From assembly GCA_001829495.1 (NCBI GenBank), contig MIBJ01000057.1:15453-79452 (forward strand): 64,000 nt of DNA, given 5' to 3'. A program made the translations under genes and the position numbers. The notes under the pieces are model-generated. The model had not been told where the DNA came from. It saw only the letters and a list, made by a program, of their open reading frames with translations, and made no database searches. Source of the DNA: Spirochaetes bacterium RBG_16_49_21. GTDB taxonomy: Bacteria; Spirochaetota; UBA4802; UBA5550. Shown piece by piece: positions 54,930 through 64,000 of this stretch; within the stretch, counting starts at the first letter, position 1; each line of letters begins with the position of its first letter.

Positions 54930-57488
54930 ATGGCACTGGTTAAAAAATTCAAGGTTGTACCGAATCTGCCTGAGAAAATCAAGTCCCTGATTGCGATAGC
55001 CAACAACATCTGGTGGATATGGAATTTTGAGGCGATAGAGCTCTTCAGGCGCCTGGATGTCGACCTGTGGCGGGAGGTCGGTCATAATCCGATCAAGATG
55101 CTCGGATCCATTTCGCAGAATCTGCTCGATGAGGCGGCTTCTTCCGAGAGTTTCATCGCTCACATGAAAAAGGTTGAGCAGGAGCTCGAGTGGCATCTGA
55201 CCAGAAAGACATGGTGCGACGTCAACAAGCAGGGATTTGAGAACGCCGGCATCGCTTATTTTTCCGCCGAGTTCGGTATCCATGAGTGCCTTCCCATGTA
55301 TTCGGGAGGCCTCGGCGTGCTCGCGGGAGATCATCTGAAGTCTTCAAGCGAGCTGGGACTTCCCCTCATCGGCGTGGGTTTGTTTTACCGGCTGAGCTAT
55401 TCCCACCAGTACCTGAACCCGGACGGGTGGCAGCAGGAAAATTTCCCCGAAATCGATTTCTACAACATGCCTGCGCGGCTTGTCACGGTTGAAGGGGGCG
55501 AGCCGCTGCTCATATCCGTTGAATTTCCGGGCAGAAGCGTGTACGCCCGGATATGGGAACTCGCGGTCGGGAAAATAGCGGTCTACCTCCTCGACACCAA
55601 TATAGACCGGAACCTTAAAGAAGACCGGGCGATCACCGATGAGCTGTACGGCGGCGACATGGAAATGCGGATAAAGCAGGAGATTCTGCTCGGCATCGGC
55701 GGCGTGCGCGCTCTCAGGGCGCTCAATAGAAATATCACCGTATATCATATGAACGAGGGGCATGCGGCTTTTCTGGCCCTGGAGCGGATCAGGCAGACTA
55801 TTGAAGATCACCGGCTTCCCGTTCAGGAGGCGTATGAATTCGTCGCGGCGACCAATGTATTCACCACGCATACGCCGGTTCCGGCGGGCAACGACCGGTT
55901 TCCCCCGGAAATGATCGACACCTATTTCGCGGATTATTATAAGAAGCTGAACCTCACGAGAGAGCAGTTTCTCGGCCTTGGCCGCGAGGACCCGAAAGAC
56001 AACAAGGAGCAATTCTGCATGACCGTGCTTGCGTTCAAAACTGCCGCCGGATGCAACGGCGTATCGAAGCTTCACGGCAGAGTCTCGAGGGGCATGTGGA
56101 AGCGGATATGGCCGTCCCTGCCGGAACATGAGATTCCTATTGATCATATAACCAACGGCGTTCAGACCCTTTACTGGACCTCGGACGAAATGATGCGCCT
56201 GTTCAACCGATATCTTGGGCCGCGCTGGATCGACAACCCGACTGACGCGGGTATCTGGCAAAATATAGATCAGATACCGGATTCGGAGCTCTGGCGGTGC
56301 CGGGACCGGCTCCGTGAACGGCTCGTTTCATTCGCGCGGACCAAGCTCAAAGAGCAGCTTCTCGGCCGGGGACATGCCTCCAAGGAGGCGGAGATCGCCA
56401 ATTCAGTGCTTGACCCTGAGGCCCTGACCATAGGGTTCGCCCGGCGGTTCGTGACCTATAAGCGCGGCACCCTTATCCTACGGGACATGGAAAAATTCGC
56501 CGCCCTCCTGCATGAGAAGGAGCGCCCGGTCCAGATCATCTTCGCCGGCAAGGCCCATCCCCGGGACACCATGGGCAAGGAGCTCATCAGGCAGATCATC
56601 CATCTCTGCAATAACGAACACTTTCGCCGGAAGATAGTCTTCCTCGAGGACTATGACCTCAACGTCGCCCGGTACCTGGTGCAGGGCGTGGACGTGTGGC
56701 TCAATACGCCCATACGCCCCAAGGAGGCGTGCGGCACGAGCGGCATGAAGGTCGTGCCTAACGGCGGCATCAATATCAGCGTTCTTGACGGATGGTGGGA
56801 TGAGGCGTATAACACGAATAACGGCTGGGCGATCGGAAGACGGGAGGAGTACGACGACCTCACGTACCAGGACGAGGTTGAGAGCCTTTTTCTCTACAAC
56901 ATTCTGGAAAAGGAGGTGAAGCCCGCTTTTTACACAAGAGGGGTTGACGGTCTGCCGCGGGAGTGGCTGGCAAGGATGCGCGAGTCGATGAAGTCGATCA
57001 CGTCGCGGTACAACAGCAACAGGATGGTCAAGGATTATACTGAAAAATTTTACAAGCCCGGGCATAAATATTTTACCGAGCTCAGCGTCGACGATTTCAA
57101 GGCGGTGCGCCAGTACGCATCATGGAAATCGGCTACCGCGGAGAGATGGAAAGCGGTGAAGGTCGTCAATGTCGACATCGCGGAGGAAAAGGAGATCAAG
57201 GTCGGCTCACGGATATTGGTCAGGGCCGCGGTGGGACTGGGAGAGCTTTCCGCCGATGACGTTCAGGTGGAGCTCTATTTCGGCAACCTTGACCGGAACG
57301 GCGAGATCCACGAGGGGGTCGCTCTCCCTATGAGCGCCGGCGGGAAGAATGATTCAGGCTCTTACCTGTTTACGGGCCAGATGCTCTGCCTCCAGTCGGG
57401 ACAGTTCGGATTCACCGTGCGGGTCATACCGCATCACAAACTAATGGCGAGAAAGTTCGATCCTGATCTTAAGATCACCTGGGCGTAA
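54930..57488 (+). CDS. glgP: Alpha-glucan (glycogen/maltodextrin) phosphorylase, GT35
   Basis: YFSAEFGIHECLPMYSGGLGVLAGDHLKSSSELGLPLIGVGLFY and the PLP-site EACGTSGMK. Confidence 0.9.
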   Translation: MALVKKFKVVPNLPEKIKSLIAIANNIWWIWNFEAIELFRRLDVDLWREVGHNPIKMLGSISQNLLDEAASSESFIAHMKKVEQELEWHLTRKTWCDVNKQGFENAGIAYFSAEFGIHECLPMYSGGLGVLAGDHLKSSSELGLPLIGVGLFYRLSYSHQYLNPDGWQQENFPEIDFYNMPARLVTVEGGEPLLISVEFPGRSVYARIWELAVGKIAVYLLDTNIDRNLKEDRAITDELYGGDMEMRIKQEILLGIGGVRALRALNRNITVYHMNEGHAAFLALERIRQTIEDHRLPVQEAYEFVAATNVFTTHTPVPAGNDRFPPEMIDTYFADYYKKLNLTREQFLGLGREDPKDNKEQFCMTVLAFKTAAGCNGVSKLHGRVSRGMWKRIWPSLPEHEIPIDHITNGVQTLYWTSDEMMRLFNRYLGPRWIDNPTDAGIWQNIDQIPDSELWRCRDRLRERLVSFARTKLKEQLLGRGHASKEAEIANSVLDPEALTIGFARRFVTYKRGTLILRDMEKFAALLHEKERPVQIIFAGKAHPRDTMGKELIRQIIHLCNNEHFRRKIVFLEDYDLNVARYLVQGVDVWLNTPIRPKEACGTSGMKVVPNGGINISVLDGWWDEAYNTNNGWAIGRREEYDDLTYQDEVESLFLYNILEKEVKPAFYTRGVDGLPREWLARMRESMKSITSRYNSNRMVKDYTEKFYKPGHKYFTELSVDDFKAVRQYASWKSATAERWKAVKVVNVDIAEEKEIKVGSRILVRAAVGLGELSADDVQVELYFGNLDRNGEIHEGVALPMSAGGKNDSGSYLFTGQMLCLQSGQFGFTVRVIPHHKLMARKFDPDLKITWA

Positions 57489-57494
57489 TCAGGG

Positions 57495-59291
57495 CTATTC
57501 GATCTTCAATATCGTCATGAACGCCTCCTGGGGGATCTCGACCGAGCCGATCAGTTTCATCCGCTTTTTGCCTTCTTTCTGTTTTTCCAGAAGCTTTCTT
57601 TTCCGGGTGATATCCCCGCCGTAGCACTTGGCGGTCACGTCTTTTCGCAGCGACGATATGTTTTCGCGCGCGATGATGGTTGAGCCTATGGCCGCCTGGA
57701 GCGGGATCTTGAACTGCTGCCGGGGTATTATATCCTTGAGCCGGGAGATGATGTCCTTCCCGCGCGCCCGTGCCTTGTCCTGGTGCACGATAAAGGAGAG
57801 TGCGTCAACCGGCTCGCCGTTCACCAGGATATCGACCTTCACCATTTTTGACTCGCGGAAATCCTTCAGCTCGTAATCAAAGGACGCGTATCCGCGCGAA
57901 ATCGACTTGAGCTTGTCGTAAAAGTTGAACACGATTTCCGAGAGGGGCAGGTCGTAGTGAAGCTGCACCCGCTGCCGGTCAATATACTGCATGTCCTTGT
58001 GTATCCCCCTGCAGTCGGTGACCAGGGACATAATGTTCCCTATGTATTCGGTCGGCGTTATGATCGTGGCAGCGACATACGGCTCCTCGATACGGTCGAT
58101 GAGGGACGGATCCGGCATCTTTACCGGGTTGTCGATCGTCATCGTCTCGCCGTTTATGCCGTGCACCCGGTATTCGACGCTCGGCGCGGTGGTCACGAGG
58201 GACAAGCCGAATTCCCGCTCAAGCCGCTCCTGCACGATCTCCATGTGGAGGAGGCCCAGGTACCCGCACCGGAATCCGAAGCCCAGGGCGTATGAGTTGT
58301 CCGGCTCGAAGATGAGGGCGGCGTCGTTGAGTCTGAGCTTGTACAGGGCGTCTTTCAGGTTCTCGTAATCGTCGCTGTACATCGGATACAACCCTGAAAA
58401 GACCATCGGCTTTGCGTCGCGGAATCCCCTGAGCGGCGTTCCTGCCGGTCTGGCGGCGCCGGTGACCGTATCGCCGATTTTGGTATCCACGACCGACTTT
58501 ATCCCGGCGACGATGAACCCGACGTCGCCCGGCTGAAGCCGGTCCGTCTTTTCCATGTCGAGCCTGAAAATTCCCACCTCGGTGACCTCGTATTTTTTTC
58601 CGGTTGAGAAGAACATGATTTCATCGCCCCTCCGCACTGCGCCGTCAAATATCCGCACCTTCATTATCGCTCCCTGGTAATTGTCGAAAAATGAATCGAA
58701 GATGAGCGCCCGCAGGGGGGCCTCCGGATCACCGGTTGGCGCGGGTATCAGCTCTATGATCTTTTCCATGAGCTCGTCGATGCCGGTCCCCTCTTTCGCG
58801 GACACGGGCACTGCCAGGCCGGCGTCAAGGCCGAGGTTCTTTTCGATGCTCTCCTTGGTTCCGGCAATGTCCGCGGCCGGCAGGTCGATCTTGTTGATCA
58901 CCGGAAGTATCTCCAAGTTATTGTCGAGCGCCAGGTACAGGTTCGCTATCGTCTGGGCTTCCACCCCCTGGCTGGCGTCGACCACGAGGAGAACGCCGTC
59001 GCACGCCGCAAGGGCGCGTGAAACCTCGTAGGTGAAGTCCACATGCCCGGGCGTATCGATGAGGTTCAGGACGTATTCCTGTCCGCTCCGGGGGGTATAG
59101 TCCAGGGTGATGGCGTTTGATTTGATGGTGATGCCCCGCTCCCGCTCGATGTCCATGGTGTCAAGGATCTGGTCCCGGTGATTGCGCGGATCAACGAGCC
59201 GGCACTTTTCTATGATCCGGTCAGCGAGCGTTGATTTGCCGTGATCGATGTGCGCTATGATGGAGAAGTTTCTGATATGGCTTAAATCCAT
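57495..59291 (-). CDS. lepA: Translation elongation factor 4
   Basis: [34 protein letters not shown] and the LepA-specific C-terminus. Confidence 0.95.
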   Translation of the reverse strand: MDLSHIRNFSIIAHIDHGKSTLADRIIEKCRLVDPRNHRDQILDTMDIERERGITIKSNAITLDYTPRSGQEYVLNLIDTPGHVDFTYEVSRALAACDGVLLVVDASQGVEAQTIANLYLALDNNLEILPVINKIDLPAADIAGTKESIEKNLGLDAGLAVPVSAKEGTGIDELMEKIIELIPAPTGDPEAPLRALIFDSFFDNYQGAIMKVRIFDGAVRRGDEIMFFSTGKKYEVTEVGIFRLDMEKTDRLQPGDVGFIVAGIKSVVDTKIGDTVTGAARPAGTPLRGFRDAKPMVFSGLYPMYSDDYENLKDALYKLRLNDAALIFEPDNSYALGFGFRCGYLGLLHMEIVQERLEREFGLSLVTTAPSVEYRVHGINGETMTIDNPVKMPDPSLIDRIEEPYVAATIITPTEYIGNIMSLVTDCRGIHKDMQYIDRQRVQLHYDLPLSEIVFNFYDKLKSISRGYASFDYELKDFRESKMVKVDILVNGEPVDALSFIVHQDKARARGKDIISRLKDIIPRQQFKIPLQAAIGSTIIARENISSLRKDVTAKCYGGDITRKRKLLEKQKEGKKRMKLIGSVEIPQEAFMTILKIE

Positions 59292-59334
59292 GGTATGCAG
59301 ATATTTTCAGGTGTCGGTAATTGGCAAGTATTTT

Positions 59335-60075
59335 TTAATTTTGCATAATCTCATACAGCACGATCCCGGCTGCAACCGAGGCATTCAGGGATGATATCTT
59401 TCCGGCAAGGGGTATGCGGACTAAGAAATCGCACTTTTCAGCGGTAAGGCGGCGCATGCCCGAATCCTCGCTTCCGATGACCACGACGCAGGGTCGCACG
59501 TTCCCGAGCTTCCGGAGCTCGGTGCCGCCCCCCTCTGATGTGCCGATGATCCAGAGCCCCGCCGCCTTTGCCTCTTCGAGAAAAGAAGCCACGTTGCCCA
59601 CCGGTGCGATATCGATGTGGGCGGTTGCTCCGGCGGAGGCCTTGATCACGACGGGGGTTATTCCCGGTGCATGCGACTTCGGGAAAATGACGCCGGAGCA
59701 GCCGAGGGCCTCGGCGGTGCGGATGATGGCTCCGACGTTCTGCGGATCGGTTATTTGGTCAAGCAGCACGAGCACTCCTTTGTTCCCGGCTGCTCGCTCC
59801 ATGAGGCGTTCGGCCGTGCCTCCGGAGCCGCGGATCGATGAAGGAATTTTCAGGGCGACGCCCTGGTGAATTGAAGAAGGGCCCAGGCCGGAGAAAAAAT
59901 TTTTATCCTTGTATTCCACCGGGATGTTCCGGGCCCTTGTCTCTTCAATAATGGCGCCGATGATCTTTCCATGGGCGTTTCGCGCTACATAGAGCTCCAT
60001 GCCCGACCCTTCCGCGGCGTTGCGTAGATACTCCAGAACCGGATTGCGGCCGAAGACTAATTCCTTATCTTCCAC
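59335..60075 (-). CDS. rlmB: TrmH-family 23S rRNA 2'-O-methyltransferase (RlmB-like)
   Basis: SpoU motifs (LDQITDPQNVGAIIRTAEA, VVIGSEDSGMR, IPLAGKISSLNASVAAGI). Its start overlaps the cysS 3' end by 19 nt. Confidence 0.8.
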   Translation of the reverse strand: MEDKELVFGRNPVLEYLRNAAEGSGMELYVARNAHGKIIGAIIEETRARNIPVEYKDKNFFSGLGPSSIHQGVALKIPSSIRGSGGTAERLMERAAGNKGVLVLLDQITDPQNVGAIIRTAEALGCSGVIFPKSHAPGITPVVIKASAGATAHIDIAPVGNVASFLEEAKAAGLWIIGTSEGGGTELRKLGNVRPCVVVIGSEDSGMRRLTAEKCDFLVRIPLAGKISSLNASVAAGIVLYEIMQN

Positions 60076-61487
60076 CGGGTGTCCTCCCTGGTGTCCTCAA
60101 GGATGATCCCCTTTTCTAAAAGGATCCTTCGTATCGCGTCCGCGCGGCCGTAATCCTTGCTGTTTCTCGCCGCCAGCCGCTCCGCTATCATCGATTCGAC
60201 CCAGGCGGCGTCGATGCCGGGTTTTTCAGAGCCCTCTGAGAAGATGAATCCCAGAACCGCATCGATTTTTTTCAAAGCCAGCATGATACTGTCTGCGTCC
60301 ATCCGCGTCAGTTTTTCATCATTGATCATCGTATTCACCGCATGGATGAACTCGAATACCATGCCCATGCCCCGCGATATATTGAGATCGTCGTCCACAG
60401 CTCCGGTAAAGTCCGCGAAGATCGAATCGATGAGGTTCGGAACATGGGGGTTCGGCGCTCCTTCTTTTTTTATCTCCTTCAACCTTATAAGCAGGTTATC
60501 GAACCGCTCAAGGGCCTGGTCTGCCTGGCTGATCCCGTCGATGGTGAAATTAAACTGCTTCCGGTAATGCGCCGACACAAGGAGGAACCGGATCGAGCGC
60601 GCCGAATATCCCTTGGCGAGCAGGTCGCGCAGGGTATAAAAGTTACCGAGCGACTTGGACATCTTGGAGCCGTTGACCAGCAGGTGCTCCACATGGATCC
60701 AGTGCCGCACGAATTGCTCGCCGTACGCCGCTTCGCTTTGCGCTATCTCGTTTTCATGGTGGGGGAAGATGAGGTCGACCCCGCCGGTATGTATGTCGAT
60801 CGTGGTTTTGAATATTTTCCGGATCATGGCCGAGCATTCGATATGCCAGCCCGGCCTTCCCTTGCCCACGGGCGTGTCCCAGTAAATTTCGTTTTCCTTC
60901 GGCGCCTTCCAAAGCACGAAATCCCGTACGTCGTCCTTCGCGTATTCATCCGTGTCGTAGCGCAGCCCGGATTTGATCTCCCGCGAGTTCAGGCGGGATA
61001 GCCTGCCGTAGCTTTTGAACCTGTCTACAGGGAAGTAGAGCGATCCCTCCATGGCGTAGGCATAGCCCTTTTTCACTAAAAGGTCGATGATCTCTATCAT
61101 GGCGCCGATCGATTCGGTCGCCTTCGGCGTGTGTTCAACCGGCTCGATGTTAAGAGCCGTAAGGTCTTCCTGAAATATCGCGGTGTACCGCTCCGTGTAT
61201 TCCTTGAGCGAGATGCTTTCGGTTACAGCTCCGGCTATTGTTTTATCGTCTACATCGGTGATGTTCATCGCGTGATCGACCCTGAAGCCCCGGAATTTGA
61301 GGTAACGCCTCAGAAAGTCGTTGAATACAAAGGTACGGAAGTTCCCGATATGAGCATAGCCGTAAACGGTCGGCCCGCATGAATAGATAGTGACGGGGGG
61401 ATAATCTCCAATTTTTTCTTTTTTGATGCCTCCCGGAACAAGCTCGTCGGCTGACCCGGTCAGGGTATTGTATATTCTGAGCGCCAT
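60057..61487 (-). CDS. cysS: Cysteinyl-tRNA synthetase
   Basis: YSCGPTVYGYAHIGNFR (HIGH), GWHIECS and KMSKSLGN. Confidence 0.92.
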   Translation of the reverse strand: MALRIYNTLTGSADELVPGGIKKEKIGDYPPVTIYSCGPTVYGYAHIGNFRTFVFNDFLRRYLKFRGFRVDHAMNITDVDDKTIAGAVTESISLKEYTERYTAIFQEDLTALNIEPVEHTPKATESIGAMIEIIDLLVKKGYAYAMEGSLYFPVDRFKSYGRLSRLNSREIKSGLRYDTDEYAKDDVRDFVLWKAPKENEIYWDTPVGKGRPGWHIECSAMIRKIFKTTIDIHTGGVDLIFPHHENEIAQSEAAYGEQFVRHWIHVEHLLVNGSKMSKSLGNFYTLRDLLAKGYSARSIRFLLVSAHYRKQFNFTIDGISQADQALERFDNLLIRLKEIKKEGAPNPHVPNLIDSIFADFTGAVDDDLNISRGMGMVFEFIHAVNTMINDEKLTRMDADSIMLALKKIDAVLGFIFSEGSEKPGIDAAWVESMIAERLAARNSKDYGRADAIRRILLEKGIILEDTREDTRWKIRN

Positions 61488-61506
61488 TGCGTGTTCTCCG
61501 GAATGG

Positions 61507-62016
61507 TTAAGGGTAGTGATTGAGGGGAAGGATGACTTCCTCGATCTCTTCGTAGTCCTGCTCGACCTCGTCGTGTCCGGTGACCGTGTCGCTCAAAGAG
61601 TGTAAAAGCATGTCAGTAGGGATGTTAAGCTTTTTCAAATCTTCTTCATCGCTGGTGAGGTGTACCAGCAGGAGATGGAGCTTTTTTATGTAATCAATCA
61701 ATTCCCTGAGTTTTTTGTTCTTCCGGTCGATTTTGTCCTTTACCTCGGTAATGATTCTTTTCAGGAGCGCGCTCTGCCGGCGAAGCTTCTTCTGGAGCCG
61801 GCCCGCGGCTTCGTAATACTGTTTGTTGACTTTCTGAAAATCGATTCTGGCGAGAATGATTTCTTCGGATTCCGCTTCCTTGTCTATGGATTCGAGAACC
61901 TCATTCAGCTCTTTAATGGAAAAAAGGTCCGCGGTGGATGTCTGGATCCACTTTTTGCCGTCAGCATCGGTGTATTCGGTGATGTCAGGTACGCTATGTT
62001 TTTTTGCTTTTTTCAT
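61507..62016 (-). CDS. Hypothetical coiled-coil protein
   Basis: 169 aa, Lys/Glu-rich heptad-like sequence, 19 nt upstream of cysS on the same strand. No domain recognised. Confidence 0.45.
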   Translation of the reverse strand: MKKAKKHSVPDITEYTDADGKKWIQTSTADLFSIKELNEVLESIDKEAESEEIILARIDFQKVNKQYYEAAGRLQKKLRRQSALLKRIITEVKDKIDRKNKKLRELIDYIKKLHLLLVHLTSDEEDLKKLNIPTDMLLHSLSDTVTGHDEVEQDYEEIEEVILPLNHYP

Positions 62017-62156
62017 AATCCGACCACGACCGTTTCTGATACATTATATCGGCATCATGGATCATATTTTATATGCCTATTCAAGTAAATCATTGACATT
62101 ATGCAATCATTTTAAATTAATTAACTCAACTCGATTAAGCCATTTTTTTTCTGCGA

Positions 62157-63089
62157 TTGTCGGCTGATATGAATATACCCCGTAACGTTATCCAAGCCCT
62201 CGGCGAATGCGCCAGGGTTAAAGAAAAGGAGCCGTTGAAGACCTACACCACGTACCGGACCGGCGGGCCTGCGGATCTGCTTGTCTTCCCCGGCGACAAT
62301 GAATCATTATCACGGATAGTAAGAATAGCGGCGGATGAGAGCCTGCCCCTTACCGTCATCGGCGGAGGGTCGAACCTTCTCGTAGGCGACAAGGGCCTGG
62401 AGGGGATAGTCATCCGCCTGTGCGAGGATTCCCTTCGGAAGGGGGAGATCGTTCTTCTGGAGGATGGCACGATCTATGCGGATTCGATCGCAAGCAAGGA
62501 GCGCTTCGTTGAATTTGCGGTGAATCTCGGATATTCCGGAATGGAGTTCATGGCCGGCATCCCCGGCTGCATCGGCGGCGGCATCATCATGAACGCGGGA
62601 ACCTCAATGGGCGCGTTTGCCGACATTCTTGTGGATGTCGATCTTGTGGATTCTGGAGGGAACCGGACCGCCGCTTTGATTGACCGGAGTATGTCCTCGT
62701 ACCGGAAAATGGGCATCGGCGACGGAGCGATCATAACCGGCGCCCGGATCAAGCTGTCCCGCGCTGCGGACGCGTCCAGGGTAAGGAGCGACATCGAGGA
62801 TATCCTCGGCGACCGGAGAAAGAAGCACCCCCTCGATTATCCTTCGGCCGGGTCGGTATTTAAGAATCCGGACGGCTATTCATCCTGGAAGCTCATTGAT
62901 GAGGCGGGCCTTAAGGGAAGGATGGTCGGCGGAGCGCGCGTATCCGAACTCCATACCAATTTTATCATTAACGCGGACGGTGCAACCTCCCGGGACATTC
63001 GGAATCTGATCTGCCTCATCCAGGAGACGGTATTTCAGTATTTCGGCATCCGGCTTGAAACGGAAATAAAGATGGTCGGCGTATTTTGA
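62157..63089 (+). CDS. murB: UDP-N-acetylenolpyruvoylglucosamine reductase
   Basis: TYRTGGPADLLVFP, VIGGGSNLLV, AGSVFKNP and HTNFIIN. TTG start at 62157 (alternative ATG at 62169). Confidence 0.88.
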   Translation: MSADMNIPRNVIQALGECARVKEKEPLKTYTTYRTGGPADLLVFPGDNESLSRIVRIAADESLPLTVIGGGSNLLVGDKGLEGIVIRLCEDSLRKGEIVLLEDGTIYADSIASKERFVEFAVNLGYSGMEFMAGIPGCIGGGIIMNAGTSMGAFADILVDVDLVDSGGNRTAALIDRSMSSYRKMGIGDGAIITGARIKLSRAADASRVRSDIEDILGDRRKKHPLDYPSAGSVFKNPDGYSSWKLIDEAGLKGRMVGGARVSELHTNFIINADGATSRDIRNLICLIQETVFQYFGIRLETEIKMVGVF

Positions 63090-63115
63090 CGGAAATGAAA
63101 GTTCACGATCACGCG

Positions 63116-64000
63116 TCACCATTTATTATATATATTAAAATAGAAGTAGCTCTTGTTTTTCTTCGTTGAAACCAGGTAATCCCAGCCGTTTTGAAGATAG
63201 AGCTCAAAGGTGTCGAGAAGCAGGATCCTGACCGTCGGGCCTCCGGCGAAAGCGAACTGAGTTCCGCTGACATCGCGGCCCGACCCTTTAAAGAGCGTCA
63301 TATCAAAATAGACGCCGACGTAAAAAAAGTCCCTGTATACGGAGATACGATATTCGTTGGATTGGGACAGGCAGTTTGTCGAAAAATACGAGGATGCATT
63401 GAGCCCTTTAAAAGCCGGATTGTTCACGGAAGCTTCCTGGTAAAAGGGCGGATCCTTAAAGAGATATTGATAAATCAACATTCCCGAATAGATGCTTCTG
63501 TCTTTAAACTCATGATCAAATGCTCCGATCAACCGTATCTTATGGAATGTTCTTTTCAGGAAATAAAAATCATACGCGACCGATATCTCTTTTTTCAGCC
63601 GGTTTTTCCGCAGCTCATATACCTGTGTGCTTTTTTTCGCGAAGTCATACATCGCACCGACCTCGACAAAGTTATAAACGTCGGTCCTGTTTTCAATTTC
63701 ACTCTGGAGCCTTGCGGCTTCTTTGTAATTCTCGATTCCTTTCTGCGGATTATTGCCCAATGATATCTGGGTTGGATCATACTGCTGTTGAAGTATTAAT
63801 GTCCGCACCAACGGGTTGGTAATGCTGCTCGGGTTATTGTAGAAATAGGCGGTCTCCGCTCCGAAACCGGTATAGAGATTGGCCTTGCTCAATAGGGTGA
63901 TGCCCGGCGCGAACATGGCATTGAACGTCAGGTAATCGTACTTCCGCAAGTTGAGGTCCGGCCGGGCTGTTTGTGAGTTATACAAATCAAACCTCAGATG
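63116..64000 (-). CDS. Hypothetical outer-membrane beta-barrel protein, C-terminal part (5' end outside window)
   Basis: The reading frame is open to the window edge. Tyr/Phe/Gly/Asn-rich alternating pattern with an aromatic C-terminus ...YFYFNIYNKW. Confidence 0.45.
   Translation of the reverse strand, partial: HLRFDLYNSQTARPDLNLRKYDYLTFNAMFAPGITLLSKANLYTGFGAETAYFYNNPSSITNPLVRTLILQQQYDPTQISLGNNPQKGIENYKEAARLQSEIENRTDVYNFVEVGAMYDFAKKSTQVYELRKNRLKKEISVAYDFYFLKRTFHKIRLIGAFDHEFKDRSIYSGMLIYQYLFKDPPFYQEASVNNPAFKGLNASSYFSTNCLSQSNEYRISVYRDFFYVGVYFDMTLFKGSGRDVSGTQFAFAGGPTVRILLLDTFELYLQNGWDYLVSTKKNKSYFYFNIYNKW

Overview
This is a chromosomal, mostly housekeeping 64-kb segment from a diderm bacterium. 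The lineage cannot be assigned without a database search. About 60 protein genes are supportable:
- a truncated Zn-ADH plus gabD, and a flagellin homologue that carries a Sec-type signal peptide
- proS, etfBA, bactofilin, rpmB, rsmD, glnS, gltX, a Sir2 deacylase and mutL
- coaC and coaB as separate ORFs, a Memo-like gene, and a metallophosphoesterase-nucleotidyltransferase fusion
- a SahR-like ArsR/methyltransferase regulator next to ahcY, and alr
- leuA preceded by a Leu-rich leader peptide with attenuator, and recA
- a complete F1Fo operon (atpZ-B-E-F-H-A-G-D-C)
- a tightly packed GAF / degenerate-GGDEF / PAS-PP2C / PAS-histidine-kinase block ending in glgP
- lepA, rlmB, cysS and murB.

I saw no rRNA, tRNA, CRISPR array, transposase, integrase, reverse transcriptase or recognisable multi-gene defence operon.

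The unusual signal is in the intergenic DNA. Most of the long spacers are occupied by three repeat families:
1. Foldback, MITE-like elements of 170-410 bp ending in CTACCCACATCTC and built from GC-rich hairpin modules. One copy is self-nested, has a 12-bp target duplication, and has an uninterrupted 'empty-site' paralogue in the same window.
2. Elements of about 95-240 bp with TAGACTTGTTGCAAAAC termini. Their gene-proximal boundary lies 34-44 nt upstream of the start codons of etfB, a ylbF-like gene, ahcY and recA.
3. Perfect palindromes of the form GGGRACGGT...ACCGTYCCC. Two identical cores bracket a low-GC cassette with a HicB-like gene just upstream of the atp operon.

Further points worth checking:
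- an outer-membrane beta-barrel gene interrupted by two in-frame TAA codons
- a 66-bp perfect palindrome after alr
- a 278-nt structured atpB-atpE spacer
- a palindromic operator in the promoter of a zinc-finger gene upstream of gltX.

All functional calls rest on motif recognition by eye. No searches were run.
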